A stretch of 64,000 bases of DNA from Leucoraja erinacea (lineage: Eukaryota): positions 21,762,001 through 21,826,000 of the forward strand of contig NC_073383.1 in the NCBI RefSeq assembly GCF_028641065.1, read 5' to 3'. Below the pieces are notes generated by a model. The model did no database searches. It saw only the letters and a program-made list of their open reading frames with translations, and was not told where the DNA came from. Both the position numbers and the translations under genes were made by a program. This document shows, piece after piece, positions 1 through 13,609 of this stretch; positions within the stretch are counted from its first letter, which is position 1, and each line of letters opens with the position of its first letter.

Positions 1-451
1 AGGAAGTGCACGTGAATTCGGGAAGGCTGAGAGTTTGCAGCTCATAGGATGGGCACTCAGTTCTCTTGGCTGCTAGAGTTTCTGGCTTGATTCCGTAATG
101 CCGGCCGGTTGGATGAAATCCGGGGAAAGAGACAGAAGTGGAGAGAGGTTCTAACCATGAGCGCGGGTATCTGGAATCTGCAGCTCCAAGGTGCGACGGA
201 TGCATGAAAGGATGGTATATCCCTGTAACGGCGGCAGAGGATTGTGGATGGACGGGTGACCAGGGAGTGGAAAACACGGTTGACTTGGGGGTAAAACTGC
301 AGGAGGAAAAATCTGAGCTGTCCGTTACACCTGATGGCCTTGAAGCTGTGCCGTGGACTCCTTGTGCACGTCTCGCTGCGTACAAGTCCTCTGTCTCCTG
401 CCCTATCAAAGAATCAACATAATAATTGTGTATGGTGCCACCGGTCGACAT
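1..451 (-). CDS. hoxd9: HoxD9 exon 1 (partial; runs off the window start)
   Basis: Not in the ORF track. Manual translation from ATG 451: MSTGGTIHNYYVDSLIGQETEDLYAAR...SSCSFTPKSTVFSTPWSPVHPQ...RSWLEP...HYGIKPE, the Hox9 N-terminal domain. Position is 3' of HoxD10. An in-frame upstream ATG at 472 would add MKAREAK. Confidence 0.93.
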   Translation of the reverse strand, partial: MSTGGTIHNYYVDSLIGQETEDLYAARRAQGVHGTASRPSGVTDSSDFSSCSFTPKSTVFSTPWSPVHPQSSAAVTGIYHPFMHPSHLGAADSRYPRSWLEPLSTSVSFPGFHPTGRHYGIKPETLAAKRTECPSYELQTLSLPEFTCTS

Positions 452-544
452 TTTAGCCTCTCTCGCTTTCATAGAAAAGGTTACACTGGGAAGTGTATCT
501 GATACCTTCACCCTGAACAATCATAGTATTTTGCCGACTGCAGC

Positions 545-610
545 CGCAGCGATTGGTTGCGCGATTCACGTGACTGTATTTACCAATACAGAGAGTAAAT
601 CAATCCGCTC
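545..610 (-). promoter_or_regulatory. HoxD9 proximal promoter elements (CCAAT, E-box, Pbx/Hox-like site)
   Basis: GATTGG...TCACGTGAC about 100-120 bp upstream of the ATG, followed by TAAATCAATC. Confidence 0.5.
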
Positions 611-3600
611 ATCGGTGTGGCCACATCTGGGCCTAGACCAGCTTTAGGAGAAATAAAATATTATATTGCCAGTGGAGCAAAAAAAACCAAAAAACTCGCT
701 CGATCAAGAACGTTGGAAACCTTCTTCTGGGGGTCAGAAGGACTAACCCTCCAAGTGCATTCTTGACCCCCAAAAAAACAGCTTCTAGAGAAGCAGGGGA
801 CTATTTTCTAATTAAAGTCTGTCACTCATTTCATAATCAGCAGCGCGTAGTCCATGATCTGTGTCAAGAGCAAATATTTGTTAGTGCAATAAAGCGGCAA
901 GAAAACACCTTCGAGGTACGTTGGTGTTTCTATGTTGTACATATACTCTGTTTGGATGAGAGCTTTCACAGATCATTGAGTTGCGTCTCGCATAAAATAA
1001 TTAAAATACATGTCGTGAAATGAAGGATTTAAACCTATCCCTTTAAAAAAAAAACTTGGCTACATTAATTAGTTGCCTTTGGTTTATTTGCCCCCATTTC
1101 ATTTCTTCGCCGGAGACTTTCATTTGTTTTAAATACCACCATATTTGAAGTAAATGGCTCTTCCTCTGCCTTGGAGTCTACACTCAGAAGTCACCATAAA
1201 TGTTTTTATGTCCATCAATAAATTTTTTATGAGGTGTATTTGATTATACATTAATGCGTCCTTAATAAAACAGGCCTACTTTGGCACTATAAAGTATGTT
1301 TAATCAACAGTGGACGCCCAAATATTCCCACAAAGGGACAATATTCCTTCCTGTAAATATGCTTCTGGTCCATCGCCTGTTAATCGCAGTTCAGTGCACC
1401 ATCGGGCAGAGCAGAGGGGAATATATGTTTCAACATAAACGCTCATCACCAGCTCCAGAACCATGTTCCCCGCTCCCGCTGAGTGATACGATGGAGAAGT
1501 CGGAATGAGGCGTTGAGCAGAGGTCGGTAAGATTGAAATCAGTGTTTTAAAACATGACCGACGTTGAACTGGTGTACAGGGAGTGCGTGTTTCTACAGAA
1601 ATGCCACTCGATGACCGTCCTCCATGACAAAATTAAAATGGACGAAACTTCGTTGATGATTAAAAAAAAATGAGTATCTTTCGAATTACGTTTCAGAAGT
1701 TCTATTTCCAGTTTAGTTATTGGACTTTGTTTTTTTATATAGCCAAATGGTTCAGCAAATTTGGCATTCACCATGACTCGTTTACAGCCAATAACACGGC
1801 CAATCTCAGGAGGTTTCANNNNNNNNNNNNNNNNNNNNNNNNNNNNNNNNNNNNNNNNNNNNNNNNNNNNNNNNNNNNNNNNNNNNNNNNNNNNNNNNNN
1901 NNNNNNNNNNNNNNNNNNNNNNNNNNNNNNNNNNNNNNNNNNNNNNNNNNNNNNNNNNNNNNNNNNNNNNNACGCTATTGCTTAATGTTTGTTCTGTATA
2001 AGCAAAATAAAAAGTTGAGTAGATCATTGCGAAAGACCACAATCTTCTCCAGTTTGAACCGTTCTGTTACATTACTTCACATTGCGCGACTTTTGCACAG
2101 AGACCCTTTGGTCTATTTATGATCATCCTAGAAAACACATCTTTGTTTTTTAGTTTGCTACTCCAGGCTGCCAAGTAATATTATCAAATAATCATCTTGC
2201 CGAATTGAGACAACATATGAATATGTACATTGTGGCGGCTAACTGATTGAATGGTTTGTTTTCAAAGTGTCACTTATTTGGTGCGTTGAATGAATACTAA
2301 TACGTCCAACGCTGCTGCCCCGTGCCATTTGCAAATTAAAAATGCAAATTTTTACCTTTCTCGCGTGACTTTAATGAATTACACATAAAATGTTTATATG
2401 GATAGATGCAGCGATAGCAGAGCCTGAAGCGTGGATTGTATTTGTGCCTTTGGAGTTATTTTAAATAAACGTTAGATGAAGTTCATTGGTTACCACATTC
2501 ATGTTTGTACAATTTACTGTCATTCATAAAATTACTTTAATCGAAGAGCATAATTTTTTCGTTGGCTGCCATTTTGTTGTTCACCAAGTAATTTACTATT
2601 ATTTACTATTTACAAAAGAGTTAATGTAGTTAACACAATGCCTTACCACTTAAGTACTCGAATAATAATATATTAGAGATAAATAATCGTGTATTTGTGT
2701 TATGTTGTATTATACGGATGAGAAGCAGGCTTGGTAAATACTTTATAATCTTTCACCACCGACCGGGATTCGATCAAACCCAACTAAGTATAACACCACC
2801 GAAATTCATATTATTAAGGAGGAATATTAATTAAATGCGCAAGTTTACCACACTTACCAAAAGAGCATTATTTTATTTATTTTCCCATTTGAATATAGAC
2901 GACAGTGATTAATAACAAATTAGAAAGACTTGTTCCTTATCTAGAACAAACTGGGTGAAAATAATGTATTTAGCATTAGTCAGAATTTATGTCGAAATAA
3001 ATACTATACTAAACAAACATTGCAAATGTTCAGGTTTTGGTTCGCATTATGTAAAAACAATATTTTATTTTGCCCTTTGACACGATTAATCCCATTGGTG
3101 CGTTTGTTCTGGTTTAATTTCTTACAATGTGTCCTTGTGCACGATGCAATGTTAAACGTTTCTGAATCTTGGTATGTTTCAAGTATAATAAAATACGTGC
3201 AGCCATGCTATTTTATTTAATTTATCAATGTTATAAAGTTTGTAATATCAGCCATTTGTCGAATAGTTATTCTTACTTCGATTTCAAGTTTAAATGTATT
3301 TCCCCCTTTTGTTTAACGATGCGGCCATTAGAAGTGAAATTCTATTATTTAAAAATGATACAGCTCTATAAACATACATGGCACTGGCTCTTGAAACCCT
3401 TTATTGCTTATATTCAACCTATTTTTGTCAAATGGGATGCAACGAATTAATCCTTTATCCCACCGTTTCTTTTTGTTCATTTTTGAATTACAGTTTGATT
3501 TATTTTTAAATCTGGTGAGAACTTCTATTTCACCAGTGCATTTGCATCTTAAACCCATGCATTAGAGTATTAGACATATCAAGATGTCTAATCGTGCCAC

Positions 3601-4894
3601 TAAAACTATTCTTTTGTTTTAGTTGCAGCGGAGAATATTTACAGGTTGCAACCTCGACTCGTCAGAAGAACGAAAATATTTCATAACATTTGATCCTGAC
3701 TGCCACCAAATATACTCACTTTATTTCTGACGGGATATTAGCACGTGAGCAGCGGAATTGTCATTTACATTGAAACCGTCGGAATATCTCGTCTTGGTTA
3801 TCCAAGGACTTATTGAAATATGGTTTTCATACCGTGGTTAAACTCAAATAAACAATGCTTAACCGTGAACTTTTTCTTCGTTAATAAAACAGATTATTAT
3901 TACAATATGTACATATTTCTGTGACAAATGGCTTTTTTGTACTGCATAACACAAACATTGATATTTACCAATTTCTATTCTGGGAGATGATTTATACCAA
4001 TAAATATTATGAATTCCTTATTTATTCAAATTCATTTATGCCTCGGGAGAAAAGTAAAAACAATATTTGAATGAATTAATCCGCAAATTGACAAATTATG
4101 TGCCCGTAATCAAACCGCCACTCTTCGGGATAATACTGCTCTTTCCTTTAATTTAAATAGGGGAAACTACCCTCGGATATAATGTTGGCCACTTGATACT
4201 CACAAATGCACATTCCTTTATGATATTTTAGGAAATTAGAGAGAAATTATTTCAGAATCGCATGATTACATTTAATTTATTCAACCAGATCAGTATTTGT
4301 CGTAGTTAAAACATTTTGATCACATTTTGCCCCCGAGTAACTTGGTGGATATTAGTGAAGACTACCCTTCTTGTAAAAGAGTTGAAGGTGTTGAAATATA
4401 ATTCAGGATATATATATGCCCTAAATATATCCTAAATATATATATATATATGTCCTAAATTTATAAATCGTGCAACAGTCATGCATATAAATAAAAGAAA
4501 TGTGCATTACCACCACCCCACTCTTTAGAAAATGGCCAAAATAATTTCGTCTACAGACCTAAATATTGTATTTATGGGACCATGGTTTAAGTGTCACTGT
4601 GATTCAAATAATGTTGTGAAAAACGGTAAACGTTACTCAAATTGCACGAAAACCATTTCGTGTTAACAACTTAAACTTGACCTGCTAAGCAAAGTAAAAC
4701 GATTGGCCTTATATTCAATAGAACATTCTTAAATGGAAATATTCTTGCTAAGGTAAACGTGCTATTGTACTTTCAGACAACCTTAACGCTAAAACACTGA
4801 AATCGGAATTAACCATAATATCCCAGAGAGGATACACAAACCCTATTCCACAATCCCCAGTAAGACACTACATTATCGAATCCGTATTTCACGC

Positions 4895-5166
4895 TCACGA
4901 GAAGGGCATGTTAGTAGTCAGTCCTCGAATTCGGTTTTCTCTGCTCATTTTCTTCAGCTTCATTCTGCGATTTTGAAACCAGATCTTCACTTGTCTGTCG
5001 GTCAGATTCACGCCCTTACTTATCTCTAGACGGCGCTCACGAGTCAGATACATATTAAATAAAAATTCTTTCTCTAATTCCAGAGTTTGATGTTTTGTAT
5101 AAGGGCATCTCTTTTTCCTTCCACTATGTGCTGTTAGCCAGTTGCTTATCGGAGTTTTGGTCTCTT
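4895..5166 (-). CDS. hoxd10: HoxD10 exon 2 (homeobox)
   Basis: ctgatag| acceptor, phase 1. [81 protein letters not shown] is a PG10 homeodomain. Confidence 0.96.
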
Positions 5167-6227
5167 CTATCAGAAGTAAGAAACAAGAAATGAGATTCTG
5201 GTAAATACGCCTCTTACACAGTGCAGTGCATTTAAGGCTCAACACTTAGGATTAAATACAAAAACAATCACGGCCTCATTAGTTATACCCAACAACAAAT
5301 TAATAAGTTACTCATTGACAAATGATTTTTAAAAAATCGATACATATTATTATAATTGGAAAAAGAAAGGTGGTTCAATAAAGTTATTGAAAAAATATAT
5401 TTGCAGTTTGGCAAATAATGCTACAAAATATTTCGTTTCATAATTTGAACAATTTAGCAGAGATTTGTTAATCTACCCAAATATACCCTACTCACACGAA
5501 CACAATGGGTTTGCAGGTAACGTTATTACCTGGGAACTGCTGCTTTCAGATCATAGGTTTTATCCCCCACCAATAGGTCGTTTTTCAAATTCATAACTAA
5601 ATGTAGTGATTCTATAATACCGACAGTACAAATATGCTGATAGTAATTTCAGAAGTAAATCTTCACATTAAACGTATCACGGCTGGCTCTTAGAAAGCGG
5701 CTCTATTCCATTTTATGATTATAAACGGCTAGCAATATTTCAATGTATTTGAATGGATTTTTTTTCCCCACAGGCTATAATAATATGTTATATATTTAAT
5801 GTAAAGTATTTCAGGCCAATTGACAATGTTTATACTTCCCCTTCAAACCTTTCAAGTCAGAAATGTTGCAAGTAACTTACATTGCAAGTCACCAAAGTAG
5901 CGTCTATAGAATTAATATATGAATATTTATTCTTCATAAAGATCGTCTTTGGTACTGGAAGGTTGGTACAATACCGTATCTACCATCTGTGCTGGCCTTT
6001 ATTGTGCCTTTACCAATTGCATGGTCGTTATTAAGCAACATTACCAATAGTTCACCTTAATAGCCAATGTGATTTTTGTCTTTATTAAAAGGGAAATAAT
6101 TGAACAAAAGTACATACAACTTGCCAAATATATCACCACCATAGATACCGCATTATAATGGCAATGTAAGGTTTTGTATCCGCGTCACAATACTGCCATG
6201 TTCACATTCAATCTTTCCATCGCTCAC

Positions 6228-6966
6228 CTTCCGCCTCTTTGTCCGTCAGTTCCGAGCCAGACTCGCCGTCTTTGGCGGTTGCTCTGGCCTCCAGTAAACT
6301 CGGCTTTGGCTCTGGACTTTCCACATATATCCCCTTTGTGGATTCCTGGGCGTTTGGTTTCTCGTTTACTTTCGTTTCCGCTGGAGATGGGTCGGACACC
6401 TGGAGTTTACTGATAAACCCAGGGTTTGAATGCGGCATTACATTGGAACTGAGCTCTCCACTGTGATTATAGTCCAGACCTTTCTCTAGTGGGTAAGCCT
6501 GGCAGAGTCTGAAATATCCCGGGATGGGAATCTCAGGGTTCTCAATAGAACAGCCTTCTGTTACCAGCCTGGAATAGGTGGGAATTGTGGTGGGGTTTAC
6601 TTTGACCCGCTTATCAGAATTATACATGCAGCAAGTGCTTTCTTCCTTTATGCTAGTAGGAAAAGAACACGTGGGCATCTGTGGAGTAACAGGTTGCTCA
6701 ATTCGACATGGTCTGGAATGGTCAGCCCAACCATCTACCTGAGATAAATACGGATGAACGCTCATGCTCATATTTTGATGGGTGATCTCTCCTCGTTTAG
6801 TCATGGTCGGGAACAGTCCACAGGTCTGCATTCCGTAAGTTCCCATGTCCATACTCGACGGCGTGTACAGGGAGCTGTTTGAATAGAAGCTGTCACCCCT
6901 GCAAGCACTGATCAGGGAATCTACTAAAAACGAGTTGGTAGCGGGAGAGCTATTGGGACAGGACAT
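6228..6966 (-). CDS. hoxd10: HoxD10 exon 1
   Basis: MSCPNSSPATNSFLVDSLISACR...PIPGYFRLCQAY. G|GTGAGC donor at 6227. 739 nt, phase 1, matches exon 2. Confidence 0.95.
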
Positions 6967-9900
6967 TTTGGAGAGCAATTTGAAGAAAGCAGAGGATGTC
7001 CTTTGTAAGCTGACATCTCTAACAAAACATTCCCTGTGTAATTGTGGAAGCCTCTGTACAGCCACATGACTACTGAGCCAATGGTATTTGAAAGTGGCCT
7101 TGAGGCACTACCTCCCCGAACATCACATGATCGCCAGGCAGTTGAATTTGATCTTAACTGTGGACAACAGCGACACCTACAAACCCAATTCCAAAGCGGC
7201 GCCCGCTCTTGTTCACGTTAATCTGCCCAGAGCCCGTCTCAAATCCTTTAACGCATGCAGCTTTTACATTGTATAATCTCATCCCTGCCATCAACGGGAA
7301 AGTAATCAGCATGCTGGTTGTATTCTGTTTGCTAAAAGTGCAACAGTATTATATTTACTAGAAATTTTAACAACAAAGACGTCGATCGATAAAAACTAAC
7401 TGCAGGCATTTCTTATTCCATCGTAAACCTCTTCGCAATGAAACGAATGCAGAGCAGAGTGCCGATACCTATCGTAATTTTGCAAACCAAAAGGGTGTCC
7501 AGTGTGTGCAGGATACCCTATCGCCACCTAGAACCAATGCGGCCGTTGGGTGTTTTGGCATTGAACATGTTGTGAAATCGATGCGTGGAATCACATCTCC
7601 ATCCACATTGGTATTTATCGGTAGATTCCTTGCTGCTGTTTATCCGTTCCAGAATTCATCAGTAGATTTCTTGTTCTCTAAATAATCGTTTCACATCTGC
7701 AAATGTTTCGTTACAAGTTAAACCAAATCTTCGTGAGAAAAAAAATGTCTACTTCACACCCTCACCACGGTGGGCGCCAATGCTTTCTATTATACAAAAT
7801 ATCAATGCTGGGTAAAAGCCAGAAACACCTCGGGGTGACAATACACACTTCTTAATGCGGTATTTGCGGCCGAAATTTTACACGGACATACAAAATTTAA
7901 GACTGTGGGGGAGGAAGCGCCGCGTTTGCAAAACCTCTCATTAATTTGTTAGGGCAGAGAGTGACCTTTAATGAAGATTATTGGCGCTGGGGGTTTATTA
8001 CTTTATTCTAAAAACTCTCCCTAAGGTTGAGTTCTTACCACGTTCTCCCTGTTCCATCGCCGATGATGATCGGTGGAAATATTCCCCATAATAGGACGAA
8101 AAGGTGTCACCCTCTCAAAACCAAACTATCGTGTAAGGTAACAGAAACGCTGCCAGAACGCCCTCCTAGGGTCCACCGCTCGGTGTTTGTTGAATTTAGT
8201 ATGACGGATGCTCATACTATTTGTGCTCTTACCCGTAGCAACCGTTTTCTGACCAAAATGCCAAATAAGAGCACACATTCACGGCTGACTATCGGAAAAA
8301 AACTAGCTCGATGGGGATCAGCTATGGAGGATCAATTTGACATCCACATAAAACGAAAGATATTTCCTACTTCACACCAAGAAGTGTGAAGGGGACAGAT
8401 TCAGGGTCAAGGTTGTCACGGCTGCGCCATTTCTTTTATTTTTTTAATGTAATTACATCACTCGGTAATTGCTTCAGAATTTGGTAAATATTAGTCTTGA
8501 CCCAAACATTCAAAATTATACAAAAATGGCCGTGAACATTGATAATAAGGGGCGTGGATCATGCACATCAGACACAAATGTATACCATTTTTACTAGACA
8601 ATCTGCATCCCTACAGTTGAAAACTGGTATTTGTGAAACTATATTTTGTACCACGTTTTATTAACTAATCGAACCTATTTCGCATTACTATTGTAAGTTC
8701 AACGTTGTTTATTCCAAGTCAGAATATGGCCACTTCGTAGCCCTTGGGTGTTTTGTACCACATTCCACAAGGTATTAAATCCAATAAGTATTTGCAGCGA
8801 AGTACAATTATCTTAATCCTGGAGAGCTTATATATTGTTTCCAAAATAGCTCGCTGTACCCAGCAACCACACTTGTCTTGGCAAAGGAGTTCCAAAAAGC
8901 GTGTTACTAACCCTGAGGATCGTTGGGTCATCCTTATTTTCGTGCACAATAAATTGACCAAGTCTTTAACGGCTATGTGAAGGGGCATGTCATGCATCCA
9001 GTTGAGGCCAGGTGCATGCGGTATTCTTGGTGAATTCGTCATTGATAATGTTCAAGCAACTGACTAGTGCTCATGTGCAAACCTTTCCTTCTAACCGAAG
9101 GCAAAGCAGGAGTACACATGTAAATATTCCTTCACTTGGCGTCTTGGACATTGGATGTCAATGCGGGGATTAATAGTAAAATGCAAAGGAAATACAACTT
9201 TTAAATATTATTTATTATTTTCTCCGTCATCAATTTGTAACGTCCTCAAACCTTAAAGTTGGAACAACCTAAATATGTGTCAGTAAAATGAAACAGACTC
9301 TAAATGTTACAGATGCCATTCAGTAAACACATGTATAGAGCATGCTATACCTAGAACATGATACCTAAATAACTACTACATGCAATTAGAGAATCTCGGT
9401 TGTTTTGAGTACATAAGCCACGGTTCGTTGAGAACGCGCCTGACTTCTCTATAGTCCAATATTATTTTTTAATATCGACGCTATTTAGATTAGCATTGAC
9501 CAAATCAGCCTGGTGGTGATTGTGGATATGCAGAAGCATATAACTAAGAGAGGTCCTTCGTTAGAAACTAATGCTGCACATTTTCCAGACAAAAAATCCT
9601 TCGCTCTGACTTGAAAAACCGAGAACTTGGCGTCTTCTGGCCGACATTATATAAAACTGGTTTCCTGTAGAAATTGTGGTGTCCAAATCTTCTGGTCTTT
9701 GATGGAAGCGTTGCCTTGAACTTAATGTAGGCCAGGCATAGTTCGAATGCATTTTCACCACGGACTCATTCCTTTCCACCCACTATAAGGCTCAGTAAAT
9801 GGCATACCATGCTAATCGGAATAACATTTACTCTTGCTCCAAATGTGTTAAAATGAAACGCATTAGTGACCGCAAAAGTCTGTGGAAAGGCATAATCATA

Positions 9901-11489
9901 TATTGGTGTATGTGTGTGGATATGTATCAGTTATACATTACTAGGAAGAGGACTTATTAAATTTACTAAGCAATTTCAGCAATTGTGTACATGGTTATTA
10001 CTTATTTATGTTAATTATTGTAATATGTTTGATAAAACTAATAATTGTGGGATGTCATGTGCATCAAACAGAAAATCGCATTGTACCAATCACTAAAAAT
10101 TACAAGTCAACCACAAATTAACTTTTTTTTTAAAGTTCTCAATGACATACGACAACTCGTAATTTCAATGAACTTAAGTAAAATGGTGTCTGCAAACCTG
10201 TACCCTAAAGTCCCTTGTACGAAAAAAACTCATAAAATATAACGACTACAGATGCACTGGAATTAACGGATATGTATTATTTGCAATATAAAGTGGCCTA
10301 GTAGGCAGGAGAGACTATTATAGAATCAAACCACTGTTATCGTCTGGGTATGCTCACTGGAAGACGAGCCAAGTTACAGCAAAGGAATTGTTGTGTTAGT
10401 AGTACTTAGATAGTAGAATGAGTGATTAGTCTCCGAACGATACTTCCATGTTTAATAACGTAGTTATAAGCTGTTTATGGGGGGAAACCTAAGTACAATC
10501 CTCCTTAAATTAGTTCTAATGATGGAGCTTAATTAAAACCTCGTAATACTTTAAAGCACCAATGTGGAATGTGTTTTGCTGAAAGGATTTTATATATTGG
10601 CAGCTAAATGGATATTAGAGTTAAGCAGGAACATGGAGGCAACTTTATTAGGTTTGCTGTGATTTGCCATAGAACAGATTCGCCATTCTCCCACACATAG
10701 CTTATAATAATAATTTTCCTACCAAATTAATACAAACACTAATTTCTCCAAAAATGATGACCAAGCACTTCAAAATCGTTGCCTCATTTCGTCAGATAAA
10801 ATTTATTTTGTTTTCCTTATGGAGTTAATTAGCGTAATATCCCTTCTTTCATTCCACTTGGTTTCCTCATTAGCCTAAACTGCGGTGGTCTTATGACACA
10901 GAGACCACCGTCCACTTATATCCTGCACTTTTAACCTGATATTCGGACGTTCTCCATATTTCTATGTCAAATTTTAAAATTATTAACATCACGAGCATGC
11001 CATCAATTTCAGCCTGGTCTTTCAGCTTAAAGCTCCTCGGATAAACACTGAAAAGGACTGTTCGAAAACCTTCCTTCTTATCTGAATATTCCATAAACAT
11101 CCGGCCAAAATGCACGCTAAGCGTTCGGCAGTACCACCACGGTTGTTCTTTGACAAACTTTGCTTTAAGGTTACCACCTGTAGATACTTCGGAAATATTT
11201 TTCTTCATCGAATGTTTTCAGTTAAATTGTGTCTGAAAGCCAATTTATTGTGTACACGGCTGCCGCTTTCATTACGCTTGACTACAAATTGCAAATTACT
11301 AACACAACTCCTCATATTTAAATCACTTCACTCCTTGTCACATCAAATAAACCTTTGCGATTTTTGCTATCACTAAACGATCGGTGATATAAGTAAGCCC
11401 TTATTCTTACCAGAGTATTAACTTTCCTCTGTTCAAATAATACATGTCCATGCATTTTCGGCGGGATTTTATCTGAGGAAAAGACACGC

Positions 11490-11600
11490 ACTATTTTTAT
11501 GGCCTTATAAAATGAACAGGCAGATAAACAATAAACCCTCCCAGAACAGTTTCTCGTCATTTTAAACTGCAATAAAGGTGATTTTTACGAGGACAGAAGA
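11490..11600. promoter_or_regulatory. Candidate Cdx/posterior-Hox-site cluster in the HoxD11-HoxD10 intergenic region
   Basis: TTTTTATGG, TTATAAAA, CAATAAA x2 and TTTTACGA within about 110 bp. Confidence 0.4.
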
Positions 11601-13584
11601 ATCGAAATTTTTTCCCCAAAAAAATGACTAAAAAGTGCGATATGAAGCGAGGATAATCTGCTAAGGATGAAATTCCCCGTTGTCGCGAAATAAGGAATTA
11701 CGGCCAGAATGTGATCTTAAACTCGCTAGCATGGGCCGATGTGATAAGCAAATGTATCCAATTAATGTCAACATGTTATTGGAGATGCAGTTGTAATTTC
11801 TGCCATTTACCATGATCAACGGTTGCCTATTATGAAATACATTGCTAATGTGGAGATTTGTTTTGAATTGCCAAATTAAGGAGTATTTCTTTGTGTATAA
11901 TAGAGATTATTCTTGAAAACTATTCCAATTTTGAAAGAAAGATGAACATTTCACATTTTAATGTGTCCAGTGGAATGCACATTTGATCCCACTTGAACAG
12001 CTGATAGAACATGATCAGAATTATATAAGTCACTGCCAAATATCGTTCGTCTCTATTGTCAGTGATATAAAGCGGTAGCTGCACATTTTCCATTGCTAAA
12101 GTACATGTTTCATCCAATATTTCCACTTTTGCAAAAGAAAGGAGAAATTCAAAGGCAACGATGACGTGAATTGCTTCCTCTTTTTAAGGAAATTAAAATT
12201 GTGCTTTAACACTCCTTACTATCGAGGTGGAATGTATAAGCTGAAACGTTAGGCGGTCTTCGTCACTATATAATTTTGTAAAGTACTCTGGAAAGTGGGG
12301 AAGATATGAGGAGAGATCTTGGCGAAGCAGTAATCAGAAAGCGTTGGTTAAAAGAGTGTGTGCTGGCATTTCAAGCGGCCACATCAGCAGGATGAGAACA
12401 TCATTGTTCAGCATTTATCTGTTCGGCTAAGAAATGTTCACCTTACTCGGAATTTGAAACTAGAAATATGATGTTCCCTGTAGTTTACTATATACATTTA
12501 CAATTGTTATTTGAAATTGCTAGATAAGTAATTCCCAAACCTATTTTTTTTCTACTGCTCGTTACAAAAGCTTTGTTCGGCCCCATGGATGCAAGTCCAA
12601 CATTTCTACGTCACACACATCTGATCAACGATTTTAACAAATAAACTAAGTAAGATTAAACGTATCCTTTGGAGAAATATCTTTGGGACATTTTTTAATA
12701 AATATGATTTTGTAGCGTTCCAGCGAATGGCATTCCAGCGAACACATGGAGATTTGTTTTACTTCGAAGCGACTAATAAACCAAACCAATAAAAACAAAT
12801 CGCAGTTTACCATTACAACGAACTCCCTTTCACTTAACTACCTTCCTCGGCCTGCTGCTCCAGATATCTGATGGCAGCTGAACGTTACCGCTTGCAAGGC
12901 TTCACATTATATCAGTTAATTTCATGTTCATCTCCGAAAGCCATTGCCACAGACCTCGCTTGCAAGTGCGGTCGTGGTCATGGGCTGGAGTGCGCCTCCA
13001 TGTGGCTCTTTACAAAAGCAACCATCTTTGACAATGTTCAGAGTATCACTGTAAAAAATTTTTCGCTGCTCTGCGTTCATTTTTTAAAACCTTAATCTAA
13101 CTATATTATGTGTTATGAGTCATTGAAGGAAGAATTGCACCGGCTCACCTCTACATAGTTAAGAATTGAACATTAGAAGAGCACGGAATATGTGGAGGTG
13201 TCACACATACGTGGAAATCTTCAACCATTGAGTCATAAATTACATTTTCTCCCATTTCCATGGAAACCAAGACCCTCGCGGATGATTGGTGTAGTGTACA
13301 GACATACGATGAATATTTTGACTAGTTCAGCTCGCATGTGAATTAACTATACGGTGTAAAGCCCAGCGAGGAGCAAATGGATGTTCATAGCAACATTCAA
13401 GAGTATTGTTGAATATAATCTTAACGCTTAGTAATAAGAGTATTGTTTTTACATTTTTACCAGTTGAGTACTTAAGCATGCGCACACAATAGTATATTCT
13501 AAACATTGGAGAATCTGTTTTACTTTGGAGCTGGGGAAGCTACAAGAGCAACCCAACAGCCACCAGGCGCCTATGTCTTTAAAA

Positions 13585-13609
13585 AGGTTAAAGGTGATGA
13601 CCTTGACTT
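13585..13609. promoter_or_regulatory. Composite nuclear-receptor element 3' of HoxD11
   Basis: AGGTTA-A-AGGTGA (DR1) abutting TGACCTTGACTT (AAGTCAAGGTCA DR0 on the minus strand). Confidence 0.5.

Noticed and set aside
452-5310. miR-196 between/near HoxD9 and HoxD10
   Set aside because: Only short partial matches (gaaactacc ~4163, cccaacaaca ~5288); no full mature sequence or hairpin seen. The gap at 1819-1971 cannot be assessed.
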